Source: Camelus dromedarius (taxonomy: Eukaryota). Taken from it: a DNA stretch of 64,000 nt. The notes beneath the pieces were generated by a model. The model searched no databases. It had not been told where the DNA came from and worked only from the letters and a program-made list of their open reading frames with translations. The DNA lies in the NCBI RefSeq assembly GCF_036321535.1, contig NC_087436.1, positions 8,246,001 to 8,310,000 of the forward strand, read 5' to 3'. The position numbers and the translations under genes were made by a program. Below, piece after piece: positions 22,839 through 37,773 of this stretch; the stretch's first letter is position 1, and each line of letters starts with the position of its first letter.

Positions 22839-25800
22839 AAGACAAAGGCATAAGCTTATAAATTAAGCCACCATGAAGATCAGTACTTAGTCTTATGTAC
22901 CATGTATCCGTCACTCCTAGGACAGTACTTGGCACACAGAGGGTCTAAAATACTTTATGAATGAATGAGTGAATAGAAGCTTTTATGTACCCACTCCACT
23001 CTGGATAGTTTAGAATTAATTATAGGAAAATATGTACAATAATATCATTGAATAGTTTATGGTAAAAACCTGTGAAACAGGGATTTGATTATAAAATTAG
23101 ACTAATTATTAAGCAATGTCACATATTTACTTGGAATTACTAGAACATGAACAACTTATTTATATGCAGAGATATGTAAATATGCATGAACATGACTTTC
23201 TGAAATAGGGTCATTCATGTGTTTAATTCTATTAAAAGAGATTTATTTTCTATTAAAAGAGGCTGGATGCCATCCAATGGGACAGACAATCCGTTTTGTG
23301 GGTAGCAGTTCATATTACTTGATTGACATTTTGCACAGTCACAAAATAGTCACTCTGGGTTCAGACTTCTTTGACAGTGGGGACATTTGTTAAGTTATAA
23401 CATGCACACACACATAGTCACTCCTGATGTATGCTTCTAACGATTTTATTATTTTCTTGCAGTGTTCTCGGGATATATAGCAAAACAAAGTCCTTTACTG
23501 CACTGCGACAAATACAGAATGTTTGAAGATGGGCTTTTCCAGAATGCCTCTTCAGGAGGGGATGGAGCAGAGGGCAGCCCCTCTGCAGCACGGTTCAACA
23601 CGCTGCCCCTCCCTTCACAGAGAGCATCTCTTTATTTCATCACTTTTTTCCTGGTTTTCATTGGGGAATAAGGAAGGTCAAAGTAATACTTTGAGTTTAA
23701 TTAGCATCATCCACTGGGCTAGAAGGGGAGGCAGAGAAGAAGACTTGGATGAAGCAAATTTCCATTGAGCACATTATGAAATAAAAGCAACTTTGTCTCG
23801 TGGTTAAACTTTCCACGATCTTATATCAAGCATCATTTTTATCTGAACACATTCAGAACACAGCTTTGCCTTTGCCATGGCAACGCTTTCCTTAGGACTA
23901 CACACCGCCAGAAGGAATGACTCTTTTTCCTTCCACTTTGAACACAGTGCTGTTCCACATTAAGCCTGTGATCTCTCTGACCACTTCCTCCAAAAAAAAA
24001 AGTTTTCTTAATCCCCCTAAGATGTCTCTTATTCTATTGAAGACATTCTTTTTAATTTGATGAATTTCACACATACATGCTTATGTTTATTTCAAATACA
24101 GTGTAATAAAATTGATAATGTGGGAGCATCCTTCCAGGGCAATGAGCTAGAGAGAGAAAATGTGAGGGATATTGTAGATAAATCTGAGGTATCTTCAGGA
24201 GCTAAAGGACAGAGGAGAGATAGACGATGGTGAAAGAAAATGGGAGAACTTCATAGCGTCCCCCAAATCATAAAACACATTTTATGAGGTTATAAGAGTA
24301 AGATTTCATTTATAATATAATTAGTCTTACCGTTAAATAGCAGAAGTTACATGTATGGAAGACAGGCATCCCACTTGTGTAATTATTAATTGTTATTATT
24401 ATAACAACATGTTTTAATTGTTGGTGTTTAAGAGTGCTGATTATTCATAAATTATTTATCTGACCTTGACAGTCTCATAGCAGAAAAGAGAGAATCTGTG
24501 TAAAGCTGTAAACGTTAGATCCTTGACTGCCTGTTTATGTTTCATCATCAAGGATTATTCTTTCTATATACTTTCCCGAGTAGCTCACGGCTTCATAAAT
24601 GATTTATATACAAGTTAGAGATAATAATAAATGCTTTTTGATTGATAAAGAATAGCCGTTTCATTTTATTAATGAAATTTATCTATTTTATTGTTATTAT
24701 TGGGAACCTTGATGCATCATTAATATCTCTTGATAATATGAAATCTGCTTTCTTAGATCATTATTCCGTTCAGTCTCCTTCCCTCTTTAGCTGATCTTGC
24801 ATCATGGGAAATAATTCCTATTAAACAAAAATAGGTAATTTTCACACCAAATTTCACTTTGAAATATTGCATACAAAAGATAGCCTCTTTTTCCCCTGTT
24901 ACATCAGTAAATATGTTATGGGGTCGGGGGATGACAAGTGGCATTTCTCACTGCGCATAAGCGGAGAGTTTGTGACACAGCTGTATATCCATTTGGGTGA
25001 TTTCTTTGCAAGCATTGAAAATTATGATTCTGGCTACTTTAACAAATTGGATTTTACTGTAAGACTATTAAAAATCCTGGAAGTCAGTGATAAGGCTGAG
25101 AAAACAGATTTGGAAATTAGAAGCAACTGAGGCACCTCGGGAGGTGAGAAAGGAGCACTGCATTGTGGGAAGTGTGCAGTAGGCACTGCTGCTGGGAAAG
25201 TGACCTTCAGTCTCTCCCCAAGATCAGGGTCCCAGGAGGATGTGAAGGTGCCTTCACTTCTGCTGTACCTGGAGGGTGAGAGAACGCATCTTCAAATAGT
25301 CTCCAAGAAGTCTTTTGTTTTCCATAGATGGAGGGCAGGCAACTTGATTCAGCATTTGTCCAAATCTGTTTGTAATGTGGGATTCCTCAAAATAAATGTA
25401 AGTGTCTATAAAAAATGGAATGAGGGGTAGGGTGGACAAAAACAAATGAGGATTATAGTAGGTGGTGTGTTCATATATATTATCGATTTCACTTCCGTGT
25501 GGTATTTTAGTCCTCATTTTAATTGTTTTCAACCTAAATGTGTTATTGAAAACTACAGGTTTAGGCTCAACTGAGAATGAATTATGGAAGGAAAAGAAAA
25601 GTGACTACCATTAGTTGTCACAGCTTCCTCCGCTCACTCCAGAAGCTTCTCATTTTCTAGATCTTAAAATAAATGCAATTGATTAAAATAGGTGAAATTT
25701 CCCTACTAATTACCCCTCCTTTAGGTTAATGTTGAATGCCATTTTCCTTTGCAATAAAATGCATATTACATACATAGCTCTTTTATTTGTGAACAGCTTT

Positions 25801-26209
25801 TTAAAAATTTTTCCTCCTCCCTGCTGTGAAATTCATGTTTTGAAAGGTATTATCAACCAAAATTTCTGAACAGCAAATGGTTCAATTTTTATCACATTGA
25901 ATTAATATATATCCTGATTCTATTTAAAGTCTCTTGATTTTCTTTAAACTGTAGAGCTTTATGGTGGGCAAATATAGTGTATAGACTAAGGCTTAGGTTT
26001 TTATTATAATAAAATCATTTAGTAAAACTGTCTTAAAAATATTCTATGGTAAAGGGACTTCAGGTTAGACCCCACAAGACTAAGCACTTCTCTAGAGGCA
26101 CATTAGGGAATTTCAGTATCTCATTTGTGCATATTTGTCCCTGCACCCACCCTCCCCCCACCTTCTGCTCAACCCTGTGAGCTCAGGGATATATTTAGAA
26201 GATACATTC

Positions 26210-26631
26210 TGATTTATCCCTCACCTGCCCTTTCCCCTTTGATAACCGTAGATAGTTTTCTATGTCCACAAGTCTATTTTTGGTTTGTAAATAAAATGTA
26301 TATATATTTCTCTAGATTCCACGTATGAGTTATATCATGTGATATTTGTCTTTCTCTGTCTGACTTACTTCATTTAATATGATAATCTCTAGGTCCATCC
26401 ATATAGCTGTAATCAGGTGTTTGGGATTGACAGATACACATTACTATATATAAAACAGATAAATAATAATGACCTACTGTGTGGCACAGGGAACTATATT
26501 CAATTTCTTGTAATAACATATAATGCAAAAGAATCTGAAAACATGTGTATGTGTAACTGAATTGCTTGCTGTACATCTGAAACTAACATTGTAAGTCAAC
26601 TTCACTTCAATAAAAATAAAAATTAAAAAAA
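26210..26631. mobile_element. 5'-inverted (twin-primed) L1 3' fragment
   Basis: minus-strand L1 piece abuts plus-strand L1 tail near 26410; degenerate TSD gatatattt.g.agat. Confidence 0.8.
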
Positions 26632-26989
26632 GATATATTTTGGCAGATGTATTATATTTCTAATATTTGACAGAAACCTACTTTACATTCATATCTGTGG
26701 TCAATAATCTGTCTTCCCATTTTGACATCTATCAGTTTTATAGCCCCGCTGCAGACTAAATCTTCAAGTGTATTGAAGGTTTTTATCCTAAATATTCCAT
26801 TCAGCTTATTGAATTCTGAGTTTACTCATTTCATCAACATTCAGTCTTCTTAGACATCTGTCAACAACCTCTCCACTAACTAGACCAGCCATGGGCTTTT
26901 GAAACTGACAGCTCATCTGTTTGTTTCCTTGCTCTATTGGTTACCATCCTTGTCTGTGCATCAGAATCTCTGGGGATTTCTTTCAAAGT

Positions 26990-27420
26990 ACGTTGTTGTA
27001 CAATTCCAACTACATGACATTCTGGAAAAGGCAAAACTATGTAGAGAATAAAAAGATTAGTGATTGCAAAGCAGGATGGAAGGGGGAAGGGGGAGTGGTG
27101 AATGGAAGGGGTACAGGAGAATTTTAGGGCAGTGAAACAACTTTATGATAGTGTAACAGTGGATACATATTATACCTTTGTCAAAACCCATTGACCTGTA
27201 CAACACAAAGTGAACCTTAAGAACTATGGGCTTTAGTTAATAATAGTGTGTCAGTACTGGTTCATCAATTGTTAGAATCGTACTAGAGTGATGCAGGATG
27301 TCACCAATAGGGGAAACGATGGGTGGGGAGAGGGTACATGGGAACTCTCTTTATTTTTCAATTAGTTTTTCTATGAACTTAAAACTACTCTAAAAAATAG
27401 TCCATTAGTTTTTTAAAAAG
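26990..27420 (+). mobile_element. L1MC/MD-like 3' fragment
   Basis: gacattctggaaaaggcaaaactat...cttaaaactactctaaaaaa. Confidence 0.8.
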
Positions 27421-27945
27421 TGAATGATGTAGTACACATGCACATTAGTAGGCTCCATTAAATGATCCTGATTTTCTGTTGGATGGGCAGATCTAGGCAG
27501 TGCAAGTCAACTTCAGAAGATGGCTGCCCCCAAGCTGTCCAGCGACATCCATTCCTTGGTAGAAAACCCAGTTGTAAACAGCATTTTGAAAAAAAAAAAA
27601 TTGTGTCTTCATATTTCAACAGGTGGTTTTGGTATTATGTAGCCTGTTTGAATTATTTAATTCAGAGAAGATTTCCTGTTTTTAATTCAAAATTGATGTT
27701 CCAACTTATATTTAGTTACAGAGCTAAGAATGATAAAGTCTCAGTTATTTGCATTGTGAAGAAGGGACAGTTATAATTTTGATGATAAAATAAGTTGAGT
27801 ATTAAAATCCTTTACTCTCACCATTCTGTCCACTTCAGTCTTATTCCATGGGTTGGTCAGACAATTTCATACACTCAAATTCCCAGTATGACAGTCAGTC
27901 ACACTATTATTCTTTGAAAGAAAAGGATTTTTTCATTCCTATAAA

Positions 27946-28462
27946 TGTTACTAAAGTCCAAACTCGTTCTGCTCACCACAAGACAGGCCAATAAGTCAGG
28001 AGATGAGGAGTTGGGGCAAGGAATAATGACTTTATTCAGAAAGCCAGCAGACCCAGAAGGTGGCAGACTAATGTCCTGGAGCACCATCTTCTCCAATCAG
28101 AATTCAGGGTCCTTTTATACTAAGAAGGGAAAGGGTGTGGTTGGTTGTTGCAAATTTCTTGGTGTCAGAATCCTTTGTTCTTGAAACTGTCCACATAGGT
28201 CAGGTCATGGTGTCCCTGTTAACCTCTAACAAGACAAGTGTTATTTTCTATTCTGCAAATTTTAATCTGTATATGGATAGGAAACTGTTACACCCTTAAA
28301 GGTCAGAGCCTTGAGAATGGGCTGCCCTGTATATTTCAGGCTCTAGGCAACATCCTTTTATAAAAGGTGCAGAACCAGCATGACTGAGCACAGGAAACAG
28401 CATAGGGTTAGAGCCAAAGGAACAGATCTAACATGAAGTCAGATTTGTTCTTCCCTATTACA
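27946..28462 (-). mobile_element. Solo ERV1-type LTR (family with 4 copies in window)
   Basis: TG...CA, perfect TAAA TSD. Confidence 0.9.
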
Positions 28463-30897
28463 TAAATGCTTGTCATAAACCAAGAAAACATGTTTACAAT
28501 AGAAATTAATAACCTAAAACATAATTATGACAACCCAACCCTGAAAAAAAAATAATGAAAATCTATATTGTGACACTGGTTAGTCCATCACAATCTTACA
28601 ATATATGCATTTTAAAAGTAATACCTAGAAGTAGAAATACTTATAAAATAGAAGTATTTATGAAGAAATTTAAACACATATATATCCTGTGTTATGTATC
28701 ATTACGTAAGTACAGCAACTATAAAAACGTTGTAAGAACGGAAAATTTTAGTGTGAAAATAATATAGCGCAATAGTCAGGATAGATTTTTTTCCCACCCA
28801 GAAGCCTTGATCATTGCCAAGCTTTGAACTATTAATACTATGAGAACAATTTCTAATATTGACACCGTATTTTAAGTCATTTTTTCATTGTTCAGTCAAA
28901 TGCATGATATTTTCTAAATATTTGTTTTCAATATGATGAAAATTGCTTGATATTTTAATTCCAATGTGTTATACAAAATCTAGCTCCAAATGCAGATGTC
29001 AGTGTCCATCATTAGAGGATGTCCATAGACCATCTGGCAAACCTCTCAGCATCATATTTGCCTATGCTGGACCAAAGAACAGCCAGATCATTTTCTCATG
29101 TCGTAGATGAAAAATGCCCGAAATGAAGAAATAGTATTTCAAGTGAACAGCAAGCACCTACTACTTGATTTTAAAGTCACAATGTTGGAGATAGTCATTC
29201 TTAAAGAGTTAATTTATGATTTTTAAAAAATACTGAGTGCTCAAGATACTGCTTTCTCTTTGTTGTGTCATTTATGTCATATTTAAATTACGTGGTATTA
29301 CTTCCTGAGAATCTCCTTTCATTTTTGTTATTCTCAAGTCATCCCAGCAAACTATGCCCCTCTTTTTTTCCTAATCAGAATTCACTTTCTGCTGTCATGA
29401 TTTATTTATTTAGGTTTTTTTGAGGACTTAGAGGAAAACAAAACTAGACACAGACTTAGGTTTGGAGACACGAATATTGGAAGAAATACAGTGTGTGTGT
29501 TTGCAATTAAATCTTGGCCTCTATTCTTCTGATCTTTCAAGATCAGACTGAGATGCTAAACTTCAAGGATTGTTTTGTCTGAAATGTCTTAATGCACTAA
29601 AGATACGTAAGAGAGGAAAAAACACCTTGCTTCGTTCCTTTGTTCTTTCTTTCACTCAGGCTTACGAGTGACTTCAGTGGAGACCTGAAGCCGAACGCTG
29701 CTTGCCTGCTGTGGGAAGCGGAGCATGGCTGTATTCACACCAGACCAAGTGCAAGCACTCAACATGATAAAACATTACCAGAATCTGATGGTTTTATTTA
29801 AAAGATATGTAGGAGTCCCAGCTTCTCCTTGGCTAAATAAGTACACCTGATTTTTCTCCTTCAAGGTCAAATAGACCAGACTGTTCCTGGACATTACAAA
29901 ACTACTTAGCACACATATAGAAAGAAGGTATTTATCATTTTTTCATTCTTATCCTTCAACATAAATAAAAATGGCACAGAATTTTTATGTTAATGGCCTG
30001 TCTTTGCCAATATATTCTGTCAATTTATATTAATATTAAACACTAAGTTATTCATTCCCCATTTTAGAACTGAATGAAAATATTGAGCATATTCACATAG
30101 ATGGAAAGTCCAGTAGCGACAGTTAACCCCATTCTACCTTACCCGCTGTCCTGACTGCTGTGCAACTGTTCCAATTTAGACAAAGAACACACATTTAGTC
30201 ATAAATAGAACAAAACATATCGAACACAAATTCAGTCACTAAATACAACAAAAAAATAACCAAAGCAAATAAAAAGAAAGGTCTTTGTAGAGATGGTTTG
30301 CTGTCTGGTCACATACGGAGATTATCGATTCAGTCCAAGCCTCGATTGTGATGTTTGCCTGTGGATATTTGCCAGCAAAATTTTCTCTCCTCTTTTTTTG
30401 TGTGATATTATGCATTCTTAACAGCATGTTTGTATTCAGCGTGTGACATCCTACATGCTTCCATATTTACCCTTTTGTACCTACACCTCTTTATTACTTG
30501 TTTAATAAAATCATCTCAGAGGCAAGCAGAGCAGACCAAATAAATGAGGGCTCATCATGAAAGTGACCTGCAAACTCAATATGTCACCAAACTCACTGGC
30601 AGTATGACTTGATTTATCCATGCACCAGTGTTGTCAAAAAAACGGTGGGATTAATTACCAAAGGGATATGAGAACATTATGAAATCTACTATAAAAGCCC
30701 CGTATAGCCAAAAACAACATGCTTGTTTATGACACAAATTTGCAAATTACTTTAATTTAATAGGATGAATAGATCTGGGTAAAACATGGAAGTGATCCAT
30801 TTGTATAAGTGTCTGATATGAAAAAAAGGACAAGAAAACAGAATAAAAAAATACATTGGTAGTTCTATTCTTAAGACTATTGTGCTTCTAGGAAACA

Positions 30898-31431
30898 TGT
30901 TACTGCGTCCAAATTCATTCTGCTCACAGCATAACAGGCCAATAAATTGAGAGACAAGGTGTCGGGGCAAGGAATAGCGACTTTATTTGGAAAGCCAGCA
31001 GCCTGAGAAGATGGCAGACTAATGTCGTGGAGAACCATCTTCCCCAAGTCAGAATTCAGGCTCCTTTTATTCTTTTTAGAGGGGGCATGTTTGGTTCTTA
31101 CAAACTTCTTGGTGTAGGAATGCTTTGTTCTTGGAATCCTTTGTTCTTGCAGCTGTCCACATGGATCAGATCATGGTGTCCCTGTAAACCTCCAATATTA
31201 CAAATATTACTTTCTATTCTGCAACTTGTTATCTTTATATGAATGGAAAAGTGTTAATATCCTTAAAGATCAAAGCCTTGAGAATAGGCCCTCCTGTTTA
31301 TTTCAGCCTCTAGGCAACCTTCTTTTATAAAAGGTGCAGAACCAACAAGACTAAGCCTATGAAACAGAGCACAGGGTTAAAGTCAAGGGAACAGAGCTCA
31401 TATGGAATCAGATTTGTTCTTTTCAACTACA
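30898..31431 (-). mobile_element. Solo ERV1-type LTR (same family)
   Basis: TG...CA, perfect AACA TSD. Confidence 0.9.
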
Positions 31432-31779
31432 AACAGAGCTGGAAGATTTTAAGCAAGTTAGTTACTAGTGAGTTTCTGAAATAAAATCATAAAACAAATA
31501 TAAAACTCTGGCTTGACTTTAGGTATGGAACATCCAACAATATCAGTGATATTGAATATATTTTCATGTGACATGGGAGAATTGTGGAAAGTCATCATGT
31601 CCAGATGACTACTTATGAAGGGCTTATGGAAATGGTTTGCAGAGAATATGGTTGGATTAAGAAACTATAGGAAGAAAATGATAGTCATGTTTTCTTAAGG
31701 AATTTCTGTGGTATCATTTAAAGTTCCCTGCAATGTGTAATTTCTCAGAGAATTTTGCTATTAGGAAATATTAAAACAC

Positions 31780-31782
<3 letters not shown>

Positions 31783-31816
<34 letters not shown>
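31783..31816. repeat. (TG)n microsatellite
   Basis: direct inspection. Confidence 0.95.
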
Positions 31817-31819
<3 letters not shown>

Positions 31820-31849
31820 ATGTGAAGTATTCCCTTACATTGTTCTTAA

Positions 31850-32375
31850 AACAAAAGACATTGAGGCAAAACATACATAGAGAAAGCAGGTCAGATTATA
31901 AAGATAGTCTTCATTCATTTTCATACAATGATGGCATTCACGTAACAACCACCTAGGTCAGAAGCCCCACCTACACCCATTCCTGATTACCAAAAAAGTA
32001 ACCACTATAATGACTTCTAGCATCATTGATTAGTTTTATCTGTTTTGACTCTTACGTAATTTCGATCTTTTGGTAAGTGTTTTTTAATGTCTACCTTCTT
32101 GTGCTCAACCTTGTGCTGTGAGAGTTACTCACACACCAGCAATTTATTCATTCTCAGTGCTGAAAGAATTACACTGTGTACATATGCCATGCACTATATA
32201 ATCCTGTGCTTTTGATGCATACTTGGGTTATTTCTAGCCTGGAGCTATTATGAACAGTGCTGCTGTGTACACTTTGGGTGGGTATATTTTCTAGAGTGGA
32301 ATTTCTCAGTAATGCGTGTGTGCCTATTCAATTTTGACAGATATTCTAGTAGAACACTTTTAGAATATTCTATAC
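31850..32375 (-). mobile_element. Old L1ME-like fragment
   Basis: degenerate L1 3' text (gctattatgaacagtgctgctg). Confidence 0.65.
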
Positions 32376-32461
32376 TCCAAATGAAGAAGGGAAGTGAGTG
32401 CATAGGCTCTTCAAAGTTACTAATTTATGTGAGAATAGATTATTTCAAAAGATGCTGATCA

Positions 32462-32976
32462 TGCAACAGAGAGCAAACCTGACTCCATATTGGATCTGTT
32501 CCTTTAGCTCTAACCCTGTGCTCTGTTTCCTGGGCTCAGTCATGCTGGTTCTGCATTTTGGTAAAAGAATGTTGCCTGTGGCCTGAAATATACAAGACAG
32601 CCCATTCTCAAGGCTCTGACCTTTAAGGGTATACCGCTTTTCCATTCATATAGAGATAAAAAAGTTGCAGAACAGAGACTAATATTTGTCTTGTTGGAGG
32701 TTTATAGGAGCATCATGACCTGATCCACATGGACAGCTGCAAGAACAAAGGATTTCTGCACCAAGAAATTTTCAACCACCAACCACACCTCCTCCCCATT
32801 TAATATAAAAGAAGTCTGAATTCTAACTCAGGCAAGATGGTTCTTTGGGACACTAGTCCACCATCTTCTTGGTCTGCTGTCTTCCTGACAATAAAGTTGC
32901 TATTCTTTCCCCCAAGGACTCATCCGTCGATTTATTGGTCTGTTGTGTGGTGAGCAGTGAGCTTGGACTTATAATA
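32462..32976 (+). mobile_element. Solo ERV1-type LTR (same family)
   Basis: reverse complement of 27946-28462; AATAAA near 32890; TSD atca/ataa. Confidence 0.9.
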
Positions 32977-33669
32977 ATAAATGGTTAAGCAATCACATCG
33001 ACCCCACACAGGGGATTATTTTTCCTCATTCCCTCAGGTGTAGAGTAAATGATAGGGCAAAGAATCAAAAAGCTTTCTTATGGATCTGTAAGAATGAAGG
33101 AAGTTTGAAATCACTTTATGGAAAATATTTTTCCATGAACTAAATAAGCTGACTGGAGTACAGGACTGGAGGCCACACTCCAGTCTCAGTTGAGTACGAA
33201 AACCAGTTTTTATATAGCTGTGCAAATCTACATAGCTTTGTGGTTTTCTCCATCAGCAGTCAGTAATCCTCATTCATGTTATAATAAGCCAAAAATTATA
33301 CATGTTAAATAGTTCTTCAAAATATTGTTATAAATGGACAAATAAACCAGCTGGATCATGATGACAACTGAATTTACAATTATGCTCCTCAGAAAAAGAA
33401 GTGTCAGATATATACTATTTCCCTCCATGCTAAGCTTTTTTTTTTTTTTTTTTACTAAAACTTGCTTTTGTAAAATTCAAAATATTTTATTCTCTGGGAA
33501 AGTCATAGATTAACTATAAAGAATCACTTGGGATGGTATTTCAAGCATCACACTTATGAGGCTGGCATTCAGTGTAAATCTAATGATGGAGAGAGAAGGA
33601 ATGAGCCAGTCAATTATGAAGTAATTACCAGAAAGCAATGCTTCCAAAAATCATATGCAACACAGAAGA

Positions 33670-33915
33670 CACAGTGTTTGATGCAGTGGTTAAGAATACA
33701 GAGACTGCAGCCAGTCTGCCTGGGTAGTCATGCCAACTGCACATCTACTTGTTCAAGTCACTTAGGTACCTTCTGCAATGCAGTATTCTCATCCACGAAG
33801 TGGGATCATGACAATACTCAGCTGGTTTTTATGAGGAGAAGAATGAGTGAGCCTTTTAAAGCATTTAGAACAGTAGCTGGAACGTAAGTACAATACTGGG
33901 ATTTGTTAAATAAAT
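33670..33915 (+). mobile_element. MIR SINE
   Basis: gcagtggttaaga...aaagcatttagaacagtagctgg. Confidence 0.7.
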
Positions 33916-34029
33916 AAATGCTGTCTAAAGCTTACTGACTCTTTTGTCCCCTGCAGAACCTGCGAATGTATAAAGACAAACAGTGTCACCTATACCAACA
34001 CTGCTGTTACTGCTGTTGAAAAACACGTG

Positions 34030-34450
34030 GTCTTGCTGGACTTCATTAAAATGAAGAAACTACTCCGCAAAAGACAGTATCGAGGGAATGAGAAGATAAG
34101 CCACAGAGTGGGAGAAAATAGTTGCAAAAGACAAACATGGTAAAGGACTGTTACTGAAAATATACAACGACAAGGAAACAAACAACTTGATCACACAACA
34201 GGCCAAAGACCTTCACAAACACCTCATTGAAGAAGACACATAGGGTAGAAATCAGCACAGGAAAAGATGCTCCACGTTATATGTCATCAGACAAATGCAG
34301 ATTAAGACAACACTGAGATACCATTACACAGGCATTAGAATGGCTCAGATCAACACTGACAACAGAAAATGGGAGCGAGGATGTGGAGCAGCAGGAACTC
34401 ACATCCACTGCTGGTGGGAATGTAAAACGGCAAAGCCACTTTGGAAGACA
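34030..34450 (+). mobile_element. L1M ORF2 3' fragment
   Basis: translates as MQIKTTLRYHYT.IRMA and HCWWECK (L1 ORF2 C-terminus). Confidence 0.85.
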
Positions 34451-36134
34451 GGAAGAGGAAGAAGAGCAAGAAAAACATGTAAGTGCCTAAGGGGATGGCT
34501 TGTATTTAGCTTAAATTTAGTAAATCTTGAGTTCATTTACTTGTCCAGAAATCAGCATTCTGGATCAGGGAATATTCATCACCTGCTGTGAAATAAAGGA
34601 TATAATTTAGTTTTTCATCTTTGAACGACTTCAGGGTCTAATTTTATAGAAAGGACATTAAAAACCCAAGCCATTTTTAAAATGAGGCAGTTCACAAATT
34701 TCTTTTGAAGATTGGTTATAAACATAGAATAAAACCTCATTAATTTAAATAATTGAAGGATAAATAATTAAAAAATCAGTCTGGCAATTTTGATAGCAAA
34801 CTCTTTCCTATTATAATTCCTCCTGGACTTCCTCTAATAAATAAATATGAATCATGCAATTGTCATTGTTTGTATTCAAGTGAATCCTGCTAAATCTTTA
34901 GAAACGATTAAACAAGTTCAGTATTCTGGTTTTTTCTCTGGCACTGTTGAGAAATGTCCTAAAATTTGAACATGTTACAAAACCTTTCTGGGGCTTAGTT
35001 TACTCATTTGTAGAATGGGATGTGGTTTGATGATTTCTAAATTCCATTTCACATCTACACGATTATTTTCTGTGATCTATTATATTATGTAAAATGTAAA
35101 GTTACTTTGAAATTATGTTTCAGAGTGCTTGAAGATAAACACCTGAGTTTCTTGTTTTGTGACATCCCCCCGCCCCACCCCCTAGACATACTCCAAGGAA
35201 AATAATAAACAACCTGAGTGACTTCTTAATTACCATGGCATGCTTCTCTGTCCGTGGAATACACCCTCAATGGCTGAACTCTGCTAACTTGAGCCATCTA
35301 GCCAAGAGAGGCCAATGCTGTGTTTGAAGATAAAATGAGTCCACCTTGTACGCAGCTCTCAAGTCTACACTGTGTGACCATACTGATCAAAACCAGGACC
35401 ACCGTCTATGATGAAGGATTGTGGGTGGTAAAAAATAAAAACTACTTTACAGTTTCGTTTGGGTTTTTCTGTTTTATATAGGTTAAAGAAAATTGCTTTG
35501 CATTTGGATGTACTCAGTGGCAATTAGATTTTTATCTGCTCTCCGAAGAGTAATTCAGTCACCTGTGTTGAAACTTTTTGCCTCGGTATACATGAAAGAA
35601 TTGAGACACTGCAGCTGTTTCAATATTTCTTCTCCTATCCACTGGGATGTAGAATAAATAAAGGGATAAATCAAAGAGAAACTTCAAAAAAGTTTAAAAT
35701 ATGAAAAATCTTCGGTATGATAGCACAACATAATACAAAGACAAAATAGATATAGGACATTAATCACTGCAAACATTTAAAAAATGTTGCTTTATCCAAA
35801 CTATACTTATTTTATACATTGCTTGGCATCCAGTGCTTAACATAATTTCTTTCAATAAAAGAGATCTAATATCTATTTCTTGAGTGAATGGATGAATAAA
35901 CAAAGGAATAAATATGAGGGTAAAACAAATATAATAACATTATAAATTATATACAGTAAGTTGTTGAAAATGAGACAAAGGATTCATAAGAGATTTCAAA
36001 TTCTAATCTACTCATTTTCAGAAGAGAAAATAAAGATTTGGAGCTTTTCATTAATATTCCCAGGGTCACATTCAAAAATAACTACCAAATTAAAACACTG
36101 ACCCTCTGATTTCAATAATATTTTGTTAAAAAAA

Positions 36135-36920
36135 TTTTTGTTTAATTTTATCATAAAATATTACACATATAGAAAATGCACATACAATTCACATTATAAT
36201 GAATCATGATAAAAAAAACCTTTGGAATTATCAAGTAAGTGCAGAAATGAAATACTTTCCGCACCCCAGAAGCCACTCAGTTCTATCATCACATTTACAG
36301 CACGAGTTCCCACAAGTAACCAATATTCTACCATTTTTGTCAATTACTTTCTTTTTTTCAATCATAGGTTTGCCAAATATCAGTGTATCCCAAAATAGCA
36401 TGGATCAGTTTTTTCTAGGATTTAATAGTCCATAAGGAGATATCATATACATTATATTATTTCATTTTTGCTTTTTCACTCTATATTATATATATTTGCC
36501 TGTTTCATACATGTTGTTCCTTGCAGCGCCCATCTCTACTTCTTATTTGCTGTATCCAATTCTATTATGATAAGCATCACAAATGTCTCATCCCTTCTTT
36601 TGATAGGCACATGGTAATTTTCTAATTTAGAGTAATTAGAGACAACATTGTTACGAATAGGTTTTCCACATCGCTTGGCACACACATGCATGCATGTCTC
36701 TAGGGCATATTCTTAGGAGTAGAATTGCTACCACTCTAATTGCTATAACTCTGTTTATACATGCAAACTTACTAGACCCCCAGACAGCATCTAGCTCTTT
36801 TACAGAGTAGGTGTACCTATCTATACTAACAGCAGTGGTTAATAAAGTGAGTCACTCTACACTATCACCGAAAGTAGTATTACAAGATGTTTCCATTGTT
36901 TTTCAGATTTGTGTGTATAT
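36135..36920 (-). mobile_element. Old L1M fragment
   Basis: degenerate L1 3' text (cttaggagtagaattgct). Confidence 0.6.
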
Positions 36921-37773
36921 GCCTTATTTCTTTCTCTTTTCTCACCATATCTACCACATAAAGTCTTTTATTGTATCCCTTCGGAATTCCACCGTCCGTT
37001 ATCAGCAAATACTTTCACAGCCTATATTTCTCCTTTGAACAGTCTTTTTATCTGAGTTTCTCCCGGGAAAGCTCCTAATTACCACTTTTTGCTCCTTTCA
37101 GATCAATTTCCTTCTGCCCACATCTAAAAACTCCAATCTCCTATCATGGGAGTAATCTATCACGTATCATCCTGTCTATCAAAACCTGATCATCCCCTGG
37201 AATTTCTAAATGAATTGACCATCCACTCAAAGTACTGTCTCTCATTACAATATTAGTTCTTGTCTATTGCAGTATACATGTAGATACTTTTTCCAACAAC
37301 TTGAACGACGTTCCTTAAATTCCTCCTCTCAAAACCAAAATCAGCACTGAGGTGTCATCGTTGCTAATAATTGCAATGACTTATATAGTCACAATTTCAT
37401 GCATACCTCCCTAACCACTGTCTCTTAGCTTTCTAGGTTTGTTTCTGTGTCAGTTCAACCAGGACGTCCACATCCTTGGCCATCCCGCACTTTCATGCTC
37501 CTTCACCACCAGAGGCACTCTTCTTGCTCACTCTACATCAGTTCCATGGTCTGTCATTGCTATTCCCTTGCATTGACCCTCAAATTCTAGATACCTGGCT
37601 CACCTTTTCATGCAATTGGCAAAACAACAACCATGGTTAAATTAATCTCTGATTTCTTTTAGCTCACAACCTTATCCTACTCTTGTGATTAAAGAAAATC
37701 CACACATCTATTTAAATGCATGATCAAAAAGAAAAACTAGATTCTTAATATTTCCAAAGAACAGGGCTATATT

